64,000 bases of DNA from positions 128,001 through 192,000 of the forward strand of contig JBBFKX010000002.1 of assembly GCA_037481815.1 (NCBI GenBank), given 5' to 3'. The notes under the pieces are model-generated. The model was not told where the DNA came from. It was given only the letters and a program-made list of their open reading frames with translations, and searched no databases. The stretch is from a candidate division WOR-3 bacterium (lineage in GTDB: Bacteria; Hydrothermota; 32-111). Within the stretch, counting starts at the first letter, position 1, and every line of letters begins with the position of its first letter. This document shows, one piece after another, positions 28,755 to 38,541 of this stretch. The position numbers were made by a program, and so were the translations under genes.

Positions 28755-30548
28755 TTATTTCTCAGGATAGACATTTAACGCTTTAATCCATTTTTTCAAC
28801 TTCTCTACCCTTTCATTATCGTTTTCAGGCAGATTGAAAGGTCTTCTTCCTCTTGCATCTACAATAACTCCAACAACTCCACCTTCAAGTTCCGCTTCAA
28901 TCTCTTTACCTTTACCGTTTCCAAGATCGAGCCCTTTTGATGGAGTGATAATCGCTTTTACCTTTTTGTTGAGTTCAAGAGGAATAACTCCCATATCACC
29001 AAAATTGAAACTATACTCTTTTCCGTCAAATTTTATCTTTACAGCTTCCTGCCCCTCTTTTATGTTTCCAATCGGTGCAACACATGAACCCAATCTTATC
29101 AAGCAGTCCTTTTCAAAAACTTCAGTTGCTGCCTGTTCATGTACTGTTGACAGAACACCAAGTTGTGGCATCATGAATATAGAATCAACCGTTAACATCG
29201 TTATCCCTTCAGGTAAAAATGCATCTATCATCATCAAAGCCGACTGCACTCTTCTTGGAGCATGAGAAAGAACACCACCTGAACCTACTATAAGATTCAA
29301 TGTTAACATGTTCACGAGTGTCTCTCCTGTACTCGTCTGTTCAAAAGCATCTGAAATTGTTCTTTCCTTCTGGACTCCTTTTAACCCAACAGCCATCGTC
29401 TTGTGCTGTTCTAATGCCAATCTCAACGCTTCTCTTGATATCGCCTGCTCTATCTGTAATTCATCAAGAGTTGATGGAATCGTTGTTGGTCTTATCATCT
29501 TATTTCTTATCCTGTTCCTTAAATCCTTTTCATCCATGTGAAATGGAACCCATCTCATTATATTTTTTAAACCTGCTTCTTTCACAACATTTGAAATTGA
29601 GTAACTCATACCAAGGTTAGCAGAAACGGTTCTGTTGAAGGTATTCTGAAAGTATGAGAATACATCAGTGGTTGCTCCTCCGATATCAACGCCAAGCACT
29701 TCTATCTTATCCCTTTTACCAATAGTTTCAATAAGAAGTCCAACAGCACCTGGTGTTGGCATAATCGGAACGTCGGTCATATCCATAAGTTTTTTGTATC
29801 CTGGTGCCTGAGCCATAACATGTTCCATAAAAAGATCATGAATCTTATCCCTTGCTGGCTTCAAATTTTCCTTTTCAAGTGTTGGTCTCAGATTTTCAAC
29901 TATGTAAAGTGCGGTTTTCTTTTCGAGTCGTTCTTTTATTTCTTCAACAGCTTTGTTGTTTCCAGCATAGATAACGGGAAGTTTGTATCCGGCGCCAAAT
30001 CGTGGTTTCGGATCAGCTGCCTGTATTATTTCAGCGAGTTGAACGACATGTGTTATCGTTCCTCCATCTGTTCCACCTGAAAGAAGAATCATGTCAGGCC
30101 TTAAAGTTCTGATCCTTTTTATTCTCTCATGATCCATCCTTTTATCGTTTGTAGCTATAACATCCATCACTATCGATCCAGCACCCAGTGCAGCTCTTGC
30201 CGCTGATTCTGCTGACATTTTATCTACAACACCAGCAACCATCATCTGTAAACCACCACCCGCTGAAGATGTTGATATATAAATATCGACACCATCACCT
30301 TCTGCTTTATCTCTTTTTATTATTTTGTCTCCATCAAGGATTTTTATCTCAGCAAGTTCTTCGACCTCTTTTATAGCGTTGAGTACACCTTTTGTAACAT
30401 CCTCATATGGTGCCTCAACAGTTGTTGGTGCCTCACCTCTAACTATTAAACGATACTCGTTATCTCTTTTCTCTATTAAAATAGCTTTCGTTGTGGTGGA
30501 TCCACAATCGGTTGCAAGTATTCGTATGATTTGATCCTTCTCTTTCAT
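28755..30548 (-). CDS. GlmL/MutL (glutamate mutase L)-family ASKHA ATPase
   Basis: TDCGSTTTK (phosphate 1), STSSAGGGL, LLSGGTDGG, MPTPGAV, VDIGGATTDVFS (phosphate 2), GSGGVLSH. Confidence 0.88.
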   Translation of the reverse strand: MKEKDQIIRILATDCGSTTTKAILIEKRDNEYRLIVRGEAPTTVEAPYEDVTKGVLNAIKEVEELAEIKILDGDKIIKRDKAEGDGVDIYISTSSAGGGLQMMVAGVVDKMSAESAARAALGAGSIVMDVIATNDKRMDHERIKRIRTLRPDMILLSGGTDGGTITHVVQLAEIIQAADPKPRFGAGYKLPVIYAGNNKAVEEIKERLEKKTALYIVENLRPTLEKENLKPARDKIHDLFMEHVMAQAPGYKKLMDMTDVPIMPTPGAVGLLIETIGKRDKIEVLGVDIGGATTDVFSYFQNTFNRTVSANLGMSYSISNVVKEAGLKNIMRWVPFHMDEKDLRNRIRNKMIRPTTIPSTLDELQIEQAISREALRLALEQHKTMAVGLKGVQKERTISDAFEQTSTGETLVNMLTLNLIVGSGGVLSHAPRRVQSALMMIDAFLPEGITMLTVDSIFMMPQLGVLSTVHEQAATEVFEKDCLIRLGSCVAPIGNIKEGQEAVKIKFDGKEYSFNFGDMGVIPLELNKKVKAIITPSKGLDLGNGKGKEIEAELEGGVVGVIVDARGRRPFNLPENDNERVEKLKKWIKALNVYPEK

Positions 30549-30877
30549 TTATCCTCCTTAATATCCTTCTTGTTTCTCTTATGAGTATTTTCAACTTCTT
30601 CTATATATTTTATAAGTTTTTCAACAGAATCTCTTTCTTCAAAGATTAAAGATGCTTCGCGGTATTCCGATATGTTGAAAAATGTCAAAATTATCGGTTC
30701 GAGAAAAATCATTATTTGAGCACTGATAAAATTCATCGGTTTTATCGATTCAAGAAACATTATCGCCGGAGCAGTCAGTCCTCTTTTGACTATACTTTCG
30801 GCAATCTTTTTTAAAATCTCCTCTTTTCTTTCAAGAGGTATCTCTTTCGGACTTACGGGTTGAAAACTCTTATCCAT
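30545..30877 (-). CDS. Conserved hypothetical small protein
   Basis: KIAESIVKRGLTAPAIMFLESIKP; overlaps both neighbouring genes. Confidence 0.75.
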   Translation of the reverse strand: MDKSFQPVSPKEIPLERKEEILKKIAESIVKRGLTAPAIMFLESIKPMNFISAQIMIFLEPIILTFFNISEYREASLIFEERDSVEKLIKYIEEVENTHKRNKKDIKEDK

Positions 30878-32321
30878 TATTTTCCCTGTACCAGTTCACA
30901 TAAAGATTTTTTAAAGCGTATATATCATCAGGCCTCGAAACCGGAGTGTTTGAAGGAGCGTTTTTAACTTTTTCAGGTTCGTTTTTCGATTCCTCATCTA
31001 TACTTTTCATAGCATCTATAAAGCCATCGAGTGTTTCTTTTGATTCGGTTTCAGTTGGCTCTATCATGATCGCCTCAGAAACTATAAGGGGGAAATAAAC
31101 TGTTGGTGCATGGAATCCATAATCGAGTAAACATTTGGCTATATCAAGTGTTGTTACATTGTAATCCTTTTTATGTTTTCTTCCACTGAAAACAACCTCA
31201 TGCATCGTTTCTGTTTTATATGGTAGATCGTAAATATCAAGAAGTTTCCTTTTGATATAATTTGCATTCACTATGGCCATCTCGGTTGCTTCTTTTAATC
31301 CATCACTTCCCATTATTTTAAGATACGCCCATGCTCTCACCATTATGTTCACATTACCATAAAACGAATGCAATGAACCTATCGAGTTTTTAGGATAATC
31401 AAGAAAATATTTTCCATTTTCAAATTTCACAATGTAGGGTGGTAAAAATTCTTTCAAACTCTCAACTACCGCAACACCACCTGCACCAGGTCCACCGCCA
31501 CCATGTGGTGTTGAAAAGGTCTTGTGTAGATTTAGATGCAGAATATCAAAACCTATTTTCCCTGGTTTTACTATTCCCATTAGAGCGTTCATGTTTGCAC
31601 CATCCATATATATAAGTCCACCTTTTCCATGAACTATTTCAGAAATCTTTTCGATTTTACTTTCAAAAATCCCCAAGGTGTTGGGATTGGTTATCATTAT
31701 CCCTGCGGTATCCTCATCCATATTTTTTTCAAGATCTTCAAGATCTATTTCACCTGAACTGTCCGACTTTATCTGTACAGATCTAAACCCTGACAGAGTT
31801 GCCGAAGCAGGATTTGTTCCATGCGCTGAATCAGGAATTAAAATCTTTGATCTTTTTTCACCTTTACTTTTAAAGTAATCGCTTATGATCATCATCCCGG
31901 CGAACTCACCATGAGCACCTGCAACTGGTTGTAGAGAAATCCCATCAAAACCTGTAACCTTCAAAAGCATATCCTGCAATTCATACATTATTTCAAGTAT
32001 GCCCTGAACATCCTCTTCATCCTGATAGGGATGAAGTTTTGTAAATTTTGGATTTGAAGAGATCTCTTCATTTACAACAGGATTGTATTTCATCGTACAT
32101 GATCCTAAAGGATAAAAACCTTTCTGAAGATGATGGTTTTTATTCGATAATAAAACAAAATGTCTCAACACATCGATTTCTGATACTGTTGGGAGATTCG
32201 GTTCATCTTTTCTGAGATTTTCTTTGATACAATTTGAAACCTCAAGGGGAAAATTATTTTCAGGTAAAGATACAATATTTGAATTTTCATCTGACAACTT
32301 GAATATCAATCTATCATACAT
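30870..32321 (-). CDS. gcvPB: Glycine dehydrogenase (decarboxylating) subunit 2
   Basis: YPLGSCTMKYNP, PDSAHGTNPASA, HLNLHKTFSTPHGGGGPG (PLP Lys), IEPTETESKE. Confidence 0.96.
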   Translation of the reverse strand: MYDRLIFKLSDENSNIVSLPENNFPLEVSNCIKENLRKDEPNLPTVSEIDVLRHFVLLSNKNHHLQKGFYPLGSCTMKYNPVVNEEISSNPKFTKLHPYQDEEDVQGILEIMYELQDMLLKVTGFDGISLQPVAGAHGEFAGMMIISDYFKSKGEKRSKILIPDSAHGTNPASATLSGFRSVQIKSDSSGEIDLEDLEKNMDEDTAGIMITNPNTLGIFESKIEKISEIVHGKGGLIYMDGANMNALMGIVKPGKIGFDILHLNLHKTFSTPHGGGGPGAGGVAVVESLKEFLPPYIVKFENGKYFLDYPKNSIGSLHSFYGNVNIMVRAWAYLKIMGSDGLKEATEMAIVNANYIKRKLLDIYDLPYKTETMHEVVFSGRKHKKDYNVTTLDIAKCLLDYGFHAPTVYFPLIVSEAIMIEPTETESKETLDGFIDAMKSIDEESKNEPEKVKNAPSNTPVSRPDDIYALKNLYVNWYRENNG

Positions 32322-32351
32322 AATCTGCTCCTTAAAATTTTTTAAAGAATT

Positions 32352-32380
32352 ATTTTATATTATTAAGATAATAATGTCAA
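32352..32380 (-). promoter_or_regulatory. Promoter of the gcvPB-led operon
   Basis: TTGACA-17 nt-TAAAAT. Confidence 0.7.
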
Positions 32381-32413
32381 CATTTTAATTTTAAGAAAAA
32401 GTAAAGTTTTTTA

Positions 32414-32441
32414 TTGAAAAAGAAGTTTATTTTGTTATAAT
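32414..32441 (+). promoter_or_regulatory. Divergent promoter for 32471-33241
   Basis: TTGAAA-16 nt-TATAAT with TGn extension. Confidence 0.6.
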
Positions 32442-32470
32442 TTATAAGGGGAAAATCTGGGAGGAAAAAT

Positions 32471-33241
32471 ATGAAAAAAATCTTATTCATAATCTTAGTA
32501 ATTCTAATAGTTCAAATTTTATTCTCATATGATTACTATCTACAAAACGATGATGGGACATTCAACTATTACTGGTATGGGAATGTCAGAAGAGCATCAA
32601 AGTATTATGTTTCGGATACGTGCACTTTAAAAATGGTCTATTGGGGAAGGTATACGAAAAGACCCGAAATCGATACGATTTTAATCTTTAATGACAATTC
32701 AGGTTTTCCTGGAAATGTGATTTACAGTGACACACATTCAGTCAACACGAACAGCACACCTATGATAGTTTCAGATACAGTTTCAACTCAAGTTCTGGTA
32801 TATGGTACATTCTATGTGGGAATGTATGCGAGATGTCAGGATCAGCCAGCAAACGCTTTATGTTACTTTTTGTCAGATTCCACTCCTTCCTTTAAAACAT
32901 TCTGGGATAGCACTGGTACATGGGTTGTCCAAACAAGAGGAGATTATATAATTCATTCAAAAGTTTCAGGTCCTTATGGTATAAGTTTGAGGTTGTATGA
33001 AGAAAATTTTCTCGGAGAAAGAAGATCCAGCAGTAATTTCAGTTTTCTTATGAACGAAAATTTGGTTGTATTGAACAACATCAAAAGTTTTACAATAATA
33101 GATAAAAATGGAAGAAAAATACTCGATGGTGTTTCAAAAAATGTTATACTCGATTTAACAAGATTTAAAACTGGTATTTACTTTCTCATAGTAAAAGATC
33201 TGAACAATCAAACATACAAAAAGAAGTTCGTAAAATTCTAA
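32471..33241 (+). CDS. Secreted protein with T9SS-like C-terminal sorting tail
   Basis: Signal peptide; LQNDDG; ends LDLTRFKTGIYFLIVK...KKKFVKF. Confidence 0.7.
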   Translation: MKKILFIILVILIVQILFSYDYYLQNDDGTFNYYWYGNVRRASKYYVSDTCTLKMVYWGRYTKRPEIDTILIFNDNSGFPGNVIYSDTHSVNTNSTPMIVSDTVSTQVLVYGTFYVGMYARCQDQPANALCYFLSDSTPSFKTFWDSTGTWVVQTRGDYIIHSKVSGPYGISLRLYEENFLGERRSSSNFSFLMNENLVVLNNIKSFTIIDKNGRKILDGVSKNVILDLTRFKTGIYFLIVKDLNNQTYKKKFVKF

Positions 33242-33282
33242 ATAAAATTCTTCCAGAAAAAATCAAGAATTTAAAATCAAGG

Positions 33283-33309
33283 AAAACGCCATCTTTAAGA
33301 GGGCGTTTT
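33283..33309. terminator. Bidirectional intrinsic terminator
   Basis: AAAACGCC...GGCGTTTT inverted repeat between convergent genes. Confidence 0.7.
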
Positions 33310-33334
33310 CGGGAGGGGGTTGAGGAAGATAGAA

Positions 33335-35251
33335 TTAGGGGATTATCGTTATCTTTTTTGTACTCTTTTCAAAACCTGTTTGAAGAATCACAAGATATAT
33401 TCCAGGAGAAACTTTGTTTCCATTTGGACCTATATTTCCGTTTAAAATAGCATCGCTCAGATTTGGTACTCCGTTCCATTCAAAACCTTTATTGTAAACT
33501 CCCGGAAGTACATTTTCTTTCTCTGCATAATAAACGAGTTTACCATCAAGTGTGTAAATGTACAACATAAGATTTGATATCTTTCGTTTGATTTCAAAAG
33601 GAATTTTTAGAGTTCCCGTTTTTAAAGAGTATGGATTCGGATAAGGGGGAAGCAATCTACTTGAATTTATCTCGTAAACATCCTCAGTATCTGCATACAT
33701 AACCGCTTTATAAAAATCTGGGACTCCATAACCAACGATCTGGTTTGGATACTCTGAAAAATATGTTGTATCAGGGATCAAAGATGCAAACGGCTTTTTT
33801 GCTGTTTTTGTCAGGGCCTCTTTTACTTTTGCAGGCGTCCAATCTGGATGTGCCTGCAAAACAAGGGCACAACCAGCACTCACGAGTGCTGTCGATCCGC
33901 TCGTTCCAAGTATGTAGTTAAATGAGTTCGAACTGTCAGATACAGTGTAAGGCCATTCAGCCAAAGCAACAACCTCAGGTTTATACCTTTCGATCGTTGA
34001 ATCAAGGTAAACATCATAAGTTGGTCCAGTTACAGAATACTGTGAATACACCATCGAATCATCGACTCCACCAACAGTTAAAACAGAATACGCATCAGCA
34101 GGTGCAATGATGGAGGTATCCGCTCTATCGATACCGACATTCTGTAAATTTCCTATAGCGTTGACAACAAGTATTCCAAAAGAATCCGACGCTATGTTCG
34201 CTGCTTTTGAAATTTTTGTTGAATCACCTGTCATAACCGAATAGGGATACCAATCCTTGTATCCAACAGAACTTGAAATTATATCCGCTCCCAAAGAATC
34301 AGCCCATTCAACCGCTGCAATCCAGTTATCCTCTTCTGAAACGATTTCAGAATCAGCTATCTCAGTTTTCGCTATAAGATAGGAAGCACCAAACGCTGGG
34401 GAGATCAACTCTCCAGAATAATAAGATGCCATAAGACCAAGCATTTTGGTTCCATGGCTCAACTGATTGATTTCATCCGGAGAACCACCATAAACTATTC
34501 CAGCAAAATCTTTGTTTTCGATAAAATCGTATGAGCCAAGAATTTTTACATCCTTTAAAGCTCTATGTATGGGTTTACATGTGTAGGTAAAAGTTGTCTC
34601 AAATGGTATTGAGGAAGAATCTATGACCATGGATGAATCTTTCAACATTAAAACACCAGTATCAAAAAGAGCGATTACAACATCCTTTCCAGTGTATCCT
34701 TTGTTATGAAGTGTGTTAACATTCAACATCTTTATCTGGTTATAAGAATAATCACCATAATAGTAAACATCATCGGTTTTCGTATTTTTGAAATTTTTAC
34801 TTTTCACAGCATCTTTTACAAGAAAATCTTTTTTCTTCTTTATCGAAGAAACCGGTGATATCGATTTTACAAACGAAAGTTGTGACAATCTTTCTATATC
34901 TTCTTTTTCCACATAGATTGAAACAGCGTTGAGCCATTTTGAAATTCTTTCGATTCTATAACCTTTACTTTCAAGAATCGAAATATACTTTTTGTTAACT
35001 GGAAGATCAAGGTATCTGTACTCGGGTAGATTTTTGTTTCTTCTTCTCTGTTTTGATTTTTCAGTTATATAAGAAGTGTTAATTTTAAAATAATTTAACA
35101 TGTTCTCTTTTGTGTTTTCCCCTTTATCTTTGAAGAAAACCCATACTTTAACTTTGTCTAACACTTTTGTTTCGCCTGAGAAAATGTTGATCGAAAATGA
35201 CAAAGAAACAAAAAGGATTAAAGTCAAAATGTATAAAGAATTTCTTTTCAT
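33335..35251 (-). CDS. S8 subtilisin-like serine protease with T9SS/FlgD-like C-terminal domain
   Basis: Signal peptide; propeptide WVFFKDK; catalytic triad FDTG / HGT / GTSGS; PYPNP...PGIYLV...KKITII. Confidence 0.9.
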   Translation of the reverse strand: MKRNSLYILTLILFVSLSFSINIFSGETKVLDKVKVWVFFKDKGENTKENMLNYFKINTSYITEKSKQRRRNKNLPEYRYLDLPVNKKYISILESKGYRIERISKWLNAVSIYVEKEDIERLSQLSFVKSISPVSSIKKKKDFLVKDAVKSKNFKNTKTDDVYYYGDYSYNQIKMLNVNTLHNKGYTGKDVVIALFDTGVLMLKDSSMVIDSSSIPFETTFTYTCKPIHRALKDVKILGSYDFIENKDFAGIVYGGSPDEINQLSHGTKMLGLMASYYSGELISPAFGASYLIAKTEIADSEIVSEEDNWIAAVEWADSLGADIISSSVGYKDWYPYSVMTGDSTKISKAANIASDSFGILVVNAIGNLQNVGIDRADTSIIAPADAYSVLTVGGVDDSMVYSQYSVTGPTYDVYLDSTIERYKPEVVALAEWPYTVSDSSNSFNYILGTSGSTALVSAGCALVLQAHPDWTPAKVKEALTKTAKKPFASLIPDTTYFSEYPNQIVGYGVPDFYKAVMYADTEDVYEINSSRLLPPYPNPYSLKTGTLKIPFEIKRKISNLMLYIYTLDGKLVYYAEKENVLPGVYNKGFEWNGVPNLSDAILNGNIGPNGNKVSPGIYLVILQTGFEKSTKKITIIP

Positions 35252-35306
35252 AAAATTTTCTCCTTTAAAAATCATAACAGAAGAATATAAAATTTCAAGG
35301 TTCTTT

Positions 35307-36578
35307 TTACCCTTTGAAAACTCTTAAAAGATCGTTGAATGTAACAAGTATAATCAAACTGAAAAGAATAAATATTCCAACATACTGGTATATCTGCATA
35401 AACTTTTTACTTGCTTTAATCTTTGTTATAAGTTCAAAAATATAGATCAAGATATATGAACCATCAAGTGGAGGAAAGGGGATCAGATTGAATATGAAAA
35501 GGTTAATAGAAAAGAAAGCGAGAAAAGATAAAAAAGTTTCAAAACCTATTTTTAATGTTTGATCCGTCATCGTGTATATCGAAACAGGTCCCCCCAGATT
35601 TTTTAACGCCATTTTTCCCATAAACATTTGTTGTAAAAATTTCAATATCGATAAAGAAATAATTTTTACACGTTCAAATGATAGTTTTAAAGAGTTAATA
35701 AAGTCAACCTTTTTCGTTTCATATGAAAAACCGATTCCCAGAAAACCATATTCTTTGTATTCCCCTAAAACACTATCTTTTTTAATCTCAGGTTTTATTT
35801 TCAAAAGGAGAGTATCGTTTCCTCTTAACACCAGAAAATCCATCTCCTCTTTAAAATGGTATCTCATAATGTTGGAGATGTCCTGCCAGGCAAAGATGTT
35901 GAAAGTATCAATTTTAATGATTTTATCACCTTTTCTTATACCATACTTTGCAGCAGATGAACTTTCGTTGACTATTCCAACAACTGGAGGAAACTGGGGT
36001 GTTATAAAAAGTGAATCTGGTTTATCGAGTTTAAACTTTACTTCCACTTTTTCATCATTTCTTAAAATTTTGAAAACATTTTCTTTGTCGGGAATCAGAT
36101 TTATAAAAACATCGTTAAAATTTTTTATATCATTTCCATTAACATTTAGAATAAGATCATTTTTACTAAAATAATCTTTATATGGACCGGATATATCATA
36201 TAGAGGAGTATTTTCAATATTCGTTACTCCATAAAAATAAACTGTAAAAAAAATGATTAAAAAAGCAAAGATGAAATTAAAAAATGGTCCAAAAAATATC
36301 ACGAGAATCCTTTTTAGTGGACTTTTCTTCATAAAATCATCTTCATCCCTTTCCTTACTCTCAAAATCTTCCATACCTTTCAATCTCACATATCCACCAA
36401 AAGGGAGAATTGAAAAAACATATTCTGTTTCATCTTTTTTGAATCCAAAAAGTTTTTTACCCAAACCAACTGAAAATGTTAAAACTCCAATTCTGAAAAT
36501 TTTTGCAACTATGAAATGACCGAACTCATGAACTATTACCATTATACCTAATGTTAAAACCATTATCAAAAAACTCAT
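35307..36578 (-). CDS. rseP: RIP metalloprotease RseP
   Basis: HEFGH, PFGGYV, PDZ domain, NLIPFPPLDG. Confidence 0.96.
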   Translation of the reverse strand: MSFLIMVLTLGIMVIVHEFGHFIVAKIFRIGVLTFSVGLGKKLFGFKKDETEYVFSILPFGGYVRLKGMEDFESKERDEDDFMKKSPLKRILVIFFGPFFNFIFAFLIIFFTVYFYGVTNIENTPLYDISGPYKDYFSKNDLILNVNGNDIKNFNDVFINLIPDKENVFKILRNDEKVEVKFKLDKPDSLFITPQFPPVVGIVNESSSAAKYGIRKGDKIIKIDTFNIFAWQDISNIMRYHFKEEMDFLVLRGNDTLLLKIKPEIKKDSVLGEYKEYGFLGIGFSYETKKVDFINSLKLSFERVKIISLSILKFLQQMFMGKMALKNLGGPVSIYTMTDQTLKIGFETFLSFLAFFSINLFIFNLIPFPPLDGSYILIYIFELITKIKASKKFMQIYQYVGIFILFSLIILVTFNDLLRVFKG

Positions 36579-37705
36579 AATCTTTCTCCAAATATTTCTG
36601 TTAATCTTTTTGCTTCTGTTTCACTTCTCTGGATATTTTCAATCGTTACCTTTTTTACAAAATCTATACTTTCCATAACTTTTTCGATAAGATCAACTAT
36701 TTGACTGAACTTTATCTTGCCTTTTGTAAAAAGTTCTACAGCTTTCTCATTTGAAGCGTTGAACACTGCAGGCATATTGCCACCTTTTTCAATAGCCATA
36801 TAAGCGAGTTTTAAAGATTTATACTTTTCAGGTGGTGCTGGATGGAAGGAAAAATCGATTTTCATTTTTTCATCCAATAAATCTATGGATGGTGTTTCTG
36901 CTCTATCTGGATGTAAAAGAGCATATTCTATTGGCAAAACCATATCGGGTTGTGCCATATGACAAATGTATGTACCATCTTTTAAAAGAACAATAGCATG
37001 TACCAGAGAGTTTGGATGAATCATTACTCCAACCATTTCGGAACTGAGGTCAAACAATCTGCACGCTTCGATTATCTCAAGACCTTTGTTCACCATCGTT
37101 GATGAATCAACTGTAACTTTAACTCCCATATTCCAGACAGGATGCTTTAAGACCTCTTCTATCGTTAAATCATTTTTTTTCATTTTGAAAGGAACACCAC
37201 CTGATGCAGTTATATAACATTTTTTGATTTTTTTTCGATCGATGAACGATAGAAGTTGCCATAAAGCAGAATGCTCTGAATCTATTGGTTTTATAATTGA
37301 CCTTCTGTGCTTTTTCAATTCTTTTTTAATTATATCACCATATGAAACTATGGTTTCCTTATTTGCGAGTGCTATGATCTTTTCCCTTTTGATTCCAAAA
37401 TAGGTTGGGAAAAAACCTATTGATCCTACAAGAGCATTTAAAACAATATCATAGTCAAGATTTTTGACAAAGTACGAGTTAACATCCTCTTCTATAGTCC
37501 TTTTTCTTTTTCCTTCATAGATCAGAGATTCGTTATAAAGCCCAATATTTTTTACTGAAAACTCTTCAGATATTTTTATAAGTTGTTCTTTATTTTTGTT
37601 AGCGGTTATTCCAACAATTTTGAATTTTTCAGGATATTTTCTTACAACTTTCAAAGCACTTTTTCCAATCGAACCGGTTGCTCCAAGAATCAGAATCTTT
37701 TTCAC
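36575..37705 (-). CDS. dxr: 1-deoxy-D-xylulose-5-phosphate reductoisomerase
   Basis: LGATGSIG, LANKE, PIDSEH, HPVWNMG, NKGLEIIEA. Confidence 0.97.
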   Translation of the reverse strand: MKKILILGATGSIGKSALKVVRKYPEKFKIVGITANKNKEQLIKISEEFSVKNIGLYNESLIYEGKRKRTIEEDVNSYFVKNLDYDIVLNALVGSIGFFPTYFGIKREKIIALANKETIVSYGDIIKKELKKHRRSIIKPIDSEHSALWQLLSFIDRKKIKKCYITASGGVPFKMKKNDLTIEEVLKHPVWNMGVKVTVDSSTMVNKGLEIIEACRLFDLSSEMVGVMIHPNSLVHAIVLLKDGTYICHMAQPDMVLPIEYALLHPDRAETPSIDLLDEKMKIDFSFHPAPPEKYKSLKLAYMAIEKGGNMPAVFNASNEKAVELFTKGKIKFSQIVDLIEKVMESIDFVKKVTIENIQRSETEAKRLTEIFGERL

Positions 37706-38541
37706 AATAGCCTGCTTTTTATGACGAATATAAAATAATAATAAAACAATGGTAAAGCGAAAAGTATGGAATCAAATCTATCGAGCACTCCACCATGTCC
37801 TGGTAAAAATGATGATACATCTTTCAATTTTGCGTCCCTTTTCATCGCTGATTCAACAAGATCTCCTGCAAGTCCACCAAGCGAAGATATCAAGGAAAAA
37901 ACGATTACATCAACCATGTTGAGTTCTTTAAAAAAAATTAAGGAAAATATAAAACCTGATATCAGTGAAAAAATAAATCCACCCAGAAGACCTTCATAAG
38001 ATTTTGATGGACTGATTTTCGGTATTATCTTATGTTTTCCAAATTTACTTCCAACAAAAAAAGCACCTGTATCAGCCATCCATATCATTAGAAAAGATAA
38101 GTAAATTAGTTTCGGAGAGTTTAATATATTATAACTTTCACTTCCAAGAAGTATCATATGACCACCAAGCCAGCCCGTGTACAACACTCCAAATGTTGTT
38201 ACTGACATATAAACTATAGATTTTGCAGGATCGTTTCTTTTGAGTTCAAATATAGAAATAAACATCAAAAGAAGAGTTATCAAAAAATATGTGAAGAGTG
38301 CTGACGAATAGTTCATTATAAAACCAAGAAGTACTGACGCAAATATTCCGGTTCTCAAATAAGGATTCAAGCCCTTTTCTCTTAAAAGGTAGAAAAATTC
38401 GTAAGCCATTATAGCGATTATGCCAAGCATTAAAAAAAGGTATGGGTACGATCCATAATTGAAAATTACAAGAAAAAATGGAATGAAAAGAAAAGAGGTT
38501 AAAAACCTATAAGAAAGGTTTTCCTGATTAAACTTTGCCAA
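37702..38541 (-). CDS. cdsA: Phosphatidate cytidylyltransferase
   Basis: DTGAFFVG, ISPSKSYEG, GDLVESAMKR, PGHGGVLDRFDS; start trimmed to TTG at 38541. Confidence 0.95.
   Translation of the reverse strand: MAKFNQENLSYRFLTSFLFIPFFLVIFNYGSYPYLFLMLGIIAIMAYEFFYLLREKGLNPYLRTGIFASVLLGFIMNYSSALFTYFLITLLLMFISIFELKRNDPAKSIVYMSVTTFGVLYTGWLGGHMILLGSESYNILNSPKLIYLSFLMIWMADTGAFFVGSKFGKHKIIPKISPSKSYEGLLGGFIFSLISGFIFSLIFFKELNMVDVIVFSLISSLGGLAGDLVESAMKRDAKLKDVSSFLPGHGGVLDRFDSILFALPLFYYYFIFVIKSRLL

Noticed and set aside
28755..30548. Calling this a glutamate mutase or DNA-repair MutL
   Set aside because: It has ASKHA motifs only, no B12-binding DxHxxG or GHKL motifs, and no mutase subunits nearby.
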